64,000 nt of DNA from Acidobacteriota bacterium (lineage in GTDB: Bacteria; Acidobacteriota; Thermoanaerobaculia; Gp7-AA8): contig JAFATB010000006.1 of assembly GCA_019244185.1 (NCBI GenBank), positions 32,001-96,000 of the forward strand, in the 5' to 3' direction. The notes under the pieces were generated by a model that had not been told where the DNA came from, did no database searches, and saw only the letters and a list, made by a program, of their open reading frames with translations. The position numbers and the translations under genes are program-made. This document shows positions 60,826 through 64,000 of the stretch, one piece after another. Positions within the stretch are counted from its first letter, which is position 1, and the number at the start of each line of letters is the position of its first letter.

Positions 60826-61614
60826 TCAGCGCCGGCGCCAGTCGCGGTCCCAGTTGCTGCCGCCGCGGTTCCAGTCGTCGCGCGAGCCCTGCCGGTCGCG
60901 ATCCCAGCCGCGGTCCGAGCCGTAGCGATCGGAGCCGTGGAGCTGGTCGCGATCGTTCGGGATCACGAAGCCGCCGCGGTCATAGTCGGAGCTGCCGCGC
61001 GACTCGCGATCGCGATCCCAGCCGCGGTCGCTGCTGTTGTAGCCGCCACCGTTGCCGCGATCGTAGTTGTTGTTGCCGTAGTTGCTGTTGCCGTAGTTGC
61101 TGTTGCTGCCGTAGCCGCCGCGGTCGTAGTTGCCTCCGCCGTAGTTGCCGCCGCTGTAATTGCGGTCGCGGTCGCGATCCCAGCCACCGCGGTCGGAGCC
61201 GCCGAAGCCGTAGCCGCGATCGGAGCTGCTGCCGCGGTCGTAACCGCCGCCGCTGTAGCCACCGCCGCTGAAACGGTCGTTGAAGTTGCGGTCGTTGAAG
61301 TTACGGTCGTTAAAGTTGCGGTCGTTGTAGTTCCCGCGATCGAAGTCGCGTCCGCCGAAGTCGCGCTCGTTACCGCGGTCCCAGTTGCGGTTGAAGTCGC
61401 GTCCGTCGCCGCTCCAACTGTTGCCGGACGGCTCGCGGTCGAAGTTTCGTTCGAAACGGTCGGGGTTGAAACGGTAGGCGAAGCGGCCATCGCGCGCACC
61501 ATGACGGTACGCATCGGACTGCCAGCGGTCGCCTGCATTACGGTCGGGATCCGGCATCTCGTGCTCGGGATCGTACGACCCGATGTAGCGTTCTCGGTCA
61601 CGTGGTTTCCACAT
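60826..61614 (-). CDS. Low-complexity Gly/Arg/Asp/Asn/Tyr-rich, probably disordered protein (262 aa)
   Basis: SD AAGGAGG before ATG 61614. Repeats of DRNFN, GGNY, DRGWDRDR. Confidence 0.7.
   Translation of the reverse strand: MWKPRDRERYIGSYDPEHEMPDPDRNAGDRWQSDAYRHGARDGRFAYRFNPDRFERNFDREPSGNSWSGDGRDFNRNWDRGNERDFGGRDFDRGNYNDRNFNDRNFNDRNFNDRFSGGGYSGGGYDRGSSSDRGYGFGGSDRGGWDRDRDRNYSGGNYGGGNYDRGGYGSNSNYGNSNYGNNNYDRGNGGGYNSSDRGWDRDRESRGSSDYDRGGFVIPNDRDQLHGSDRYGSDRGWDRDRQGSRDDWNRGGSNWDRDWRRR
61274..61333 (-). repeat. Four 15-bp coding tandem repeats (N[F/Y]NDR)
   Basis: cggtcgttgaagttg / cggtcgttgaagtta / cggtcgttaaagttg / cggtcgttgtagttc. Confidence 0.85.
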
Positions 61615-61721
61615 GAGCAAAGATCCTCCTTCGCCCGTTTTGTAGTGCAACAAACGCGCGAGTTTCACGCGCCGCAGAGGCCGCCGAATAGCTCTGACAC
61701 GCGCTTTGTTTTGCTCGTCTC

Positions 61722-62888
61722 ATGAAGAAGAAACGCATCCGCGAGATCGCGCTCGCGTCGCAGACGCGCATCGTGCTCACCGCCGCGATCTGGCTCTCGC
61801 TCTTCGCCTACGCGGGACGTCCGCTGCTGGCGGGCGCCGCCGCGGCCGGCATCGCGCCCGCCGTCGCGTGGATCGCCCTCGTCGCGCTCTCCGCGCTCGG
61901 CATTCTGCCGATGCTCTTCCGCCGCTCCGAAACGCTCGCACAGCGCACGCTGGTGCACTGGACCGGCTACGCGACGCTGGCGATCTTCTCGACGCTCCTC
62001 GTGCTCGTCGCGCTCACCGACGCCGCGCGCGTCCTCTACTGGCTCGCGCGCTGGCTGTTCGCCGCGCAAACCTGGCCGCTCGTCGACGCGCGCGCTCTCA
62101 GCCTCGGCATCCTCGCCGCCGCCCTCGCGCTCACGCTCGTCGGGCTCGTGCAGGCGCGCTGTCCGCGCGTGCGCCACGTCGCCGTCCGCATCGACGAGCT
62201 GCCGCCGGAGCTCGACGGCTACCGCATCGTGCAGTGGAGCGACGTGCACGTCGGCCCGACCATCCAGCGCCGCTTCGTCGAGTCACTCGTCGAGCGCACG
62301 AACGCGCTCGCACCCGACGCCGTCGCCATCACCGGCGATCTCGTCGACGGCTTACTCGACGAATTGCGCGAACAAGTGCAGCCGATGCGCGACCTTCGCG
62401 CGCGCGACGGCGTCTTCTACGTCACCGGCAACCATGAGTACTACTGGCGCGCGAGCGAATGGATCCCCGCGCTCGAGTCCCTCGGGCTGCAGTTTCTGAA
62501 GAACGATCACCGCGTCATCACGCGCGGCGACGCGAAGCTCGTCATCGCCGGCGTCACCGATCCGATGGGCCGCTACACGCACAAACAGGATCCCGACCGC
62601 GCGCTCGCGTCCGCGCCGCGCGACGCCGTGAAAGTGCTCCTCTCCCATCGGCCGCAGACCGCCGAAGCCGCGAACCGCCTCGGCGCGCATCTGCAGCTCT
62701 CCGGACATACGCACGGCGGTCAGTTTTTCCCGTTCAACCTGATCATCAAGCGCTTCCAGCCGATCGTCGCCGGCCTACATCGCGTGGGCGGGCTGTGGCT
62801 GTACGTGAACCGCGGCACCGGCTACTGGGGTCCGCCCTCGCGCCTCGCCGTCGGCGGCGAGATCACGGTGATCCAGCTGACGCGCTGA
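61722..62888 (+). CDS. Membrane-anchored metallophosphoesterase (YkuE/YaeI-like)
   Basis: Four TM segments, SDVHVG, TGDLVDG, GNHE, LSHRP, SGHTHGGQ, VNRGTGYWGPP.R. Confidence 0.92.
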   Translation: MKKKRIREIALASQTRIVLTAAIWLSLFAYAGRPLLAGAAAAGIAPAVAWIALVALSALGILPMLFRRSETLAQRTLVHWTGYATLAIFSTLLVLVALTDAARVLYWLARWLFAAQTWPLVDARALSLGILAAALALTLVGLVQARCPRVRHVAVRIDELPPELDGYRIVQWSDVHVGPTIQRRFVESLVERTNALAPDAVAITGDLVDGLLDELREQVQPMRDLRARDGVFYVTGNHEYYWRASEWIPALESLGLQFLKNDHRVITRGDAKLVIAGVTDPMGRYTHKQDPDRALASAPRDAVKVLLSHRPQTAEAANRLGAHLQLSGHTHGGQFFPFNLIIKRFQPIVAGLHRVGGLWLYVNRGTGYWGPPSRLAVGGEITVIQLTR

Positions 62889-64000
62889 CGGCGCGGCGCC
62901 GATCGCCGCGAACGCGGCCCAACGGCGCGGATCGCGCGTCGACGCCGCACGCAACGCCGCGAGCTGCGCCGCGCGCAACGCTTCCGGCGCCGACGCTCCG
63001 CGCGCGAGCTGCGCGTGCAGCGCGCGCATGAGCGGTGCGACCTCATCGTCCGCGACGTCCCACAACGTGCCGACGATCTCCGGCACGCCCGCGACGAGGA
63101 ACGCGTGCGACAGACTCGTCACGCCTTCGATGGCGATGTCGCGCCCGCGCAGCGTGCCGCATGCCGCGAGCACGACGACGCGCGTCGCATCGAAATGCAT
63201 CCGCCCGATCTGCCGCGCCGTCAGATCGCCGCCCGTTTGCGGCGTGGCCGCGCAGATGAGCGCCGAACTGCCCGGCTCGTTCGGCCGCACGACCGCGTGA
63301 CCCGCGTAATGCACGATCGCATACGCCGGCGCGACGCCGAGGAAGCGCTCCGCGGTCGCATTGCCGCGCGTGAGGACATCGGCTTTGGGATACCGCCGCG
63401 CGACGAGGCGCGCCTCGATTTCCGCGTTCTCGAGCGGCGCCAGATTGGGATAGCGATCGACCGGCGCGGCGGGATTCGCGAACACGAGCGCGTTCCGCGG
63501 CGCACTCGCGTCGCGCGCGTTTGCACGATCGAGCGCGACCGCGTATACCGCCGCACTCGGCGCGCTCGTCAGCGTGTAGCGCTCGACGAGATACACGCGC
63601 GTCGCCGCGTCGTACAACGCCGCGAACGGCACGCGCTGCAGCGCGTCACCGGCGATCGTGACGAGTGTCGACGCGCCGGCGAGATCCGACGCGATCGGCG
63701 CGACGAGCCACTGATGCAGCCGCGCACCGGATGTTTGCGGATCGCCGCTGTTCGGCCGCGATGCGAGCGACTCGACGAACGCGTCCGCCGCACGCATGAG
63801 CTCCGCGCGCGACACCGGCATGGTCCGCAACACCAGGCGTTCGCGCGTCACGACGAAGATCGCCAGCCGGTCGCGCAGCGCGCAGTACTCGACGAGCGCC
63901 GTCGACGGTTCGAGTTGCGCGCGGATGTCCGCGAGCGGCGGCAGCGCGGTCGCTCGTTCGCCTTCGATCTCTTCGAACACCGTGCGCGCGCGTCCGCGCT
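62775..64000 (-). CDS. CHAT (caspase-like) domain protein, 5'-truncated by the window edge
   Basis: LQRVPFAAL, APSA, L.NA..EA, HYAGHA and VVLAACGT (His/Cys dyad), VGTLWDVAD, ALRAAQL, WAAF. Confidence 0.88.
   Translation of the reverse strand, partial: RGRARTVFEEIEGERATALPPLADIRAQLEPSTALVEYCALRDRLAIFVVTRERLVLRTMPVSRAELMRAADAFVESLASRPNSGDPQTSGARLHQWLVAPIASDLAGASTLVTIAGDALQRVPFAALYDAATRVYLVERYTLTSAPSAAVYAVALDRANARDASAPRNALVFANPAAPVDRYPNLAPLENAEIEARLVARRYPKADVLTRGNATAERFLGVAPAYAIVHYAGHAVVRPNEPGSSALICAATPQTGGDLTARQIGRMHFDATRVVVLAACGTLRGRDIAIEGVTSLSHAFLVAGVPEIVGTLWDVADDEVAPLMRALHAQLARGASAPEALRAAQLAALRAASTRDPRRWAAFAAIGAAPSARQLDHRDLAADGEARGRTPVAGAAVHVQPQPAHAM

Noticed and set aside
61274-61333. Short tandem repeats as a possible CRISPR array
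   Set aside because: 15-bp in-frame coding units with no spacers, and no cas genes.

Overview
High-GC bacterial chromosomal window, densely coding, with about 65 CDSs. Gene content and style would fit an Acidobacteriota/Thermoanaerobaculia-like organism, but that is inference only. The housekeeping backbone (uup, nadE, nnr, tsaE, purL, purF, hmgA-fahA, msrBA, rlmA-like) is interleaved with accessory genes. I found no rRNA, tRNA, CRISPR array, integrase or transposase. The most notable items are: (1) an ECF sigma factor coupled to a soluble zinc anti-sigma domain fused to an O6-alkylguanine alkyltransferase and an Ada metal-binding domain, followed by a PP2C phosphatase, which is a candidate sigma-factor-based alkylation response; (2) a five-gene cluster with a heme-oxygenase-like diiron enzyme, two different ATP-grasp ligases, an adenylate-forming enzyme and a zinc peptidase, which is a candidate NRPS-independent peptide pathway; (3) a 130-195 bp palindromic repeat in three copies, whose arms extend into locus-specific flanks so that two convergent proteins end in near-identical peptides; (4) an 843-aa orphan with atypical codon usage; (5) frequent leaderless-type starts; (6) an msrBA gene with two in-frame ribosome-binding sites. 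All product calls come from motif recognition by eye. No database search was run.
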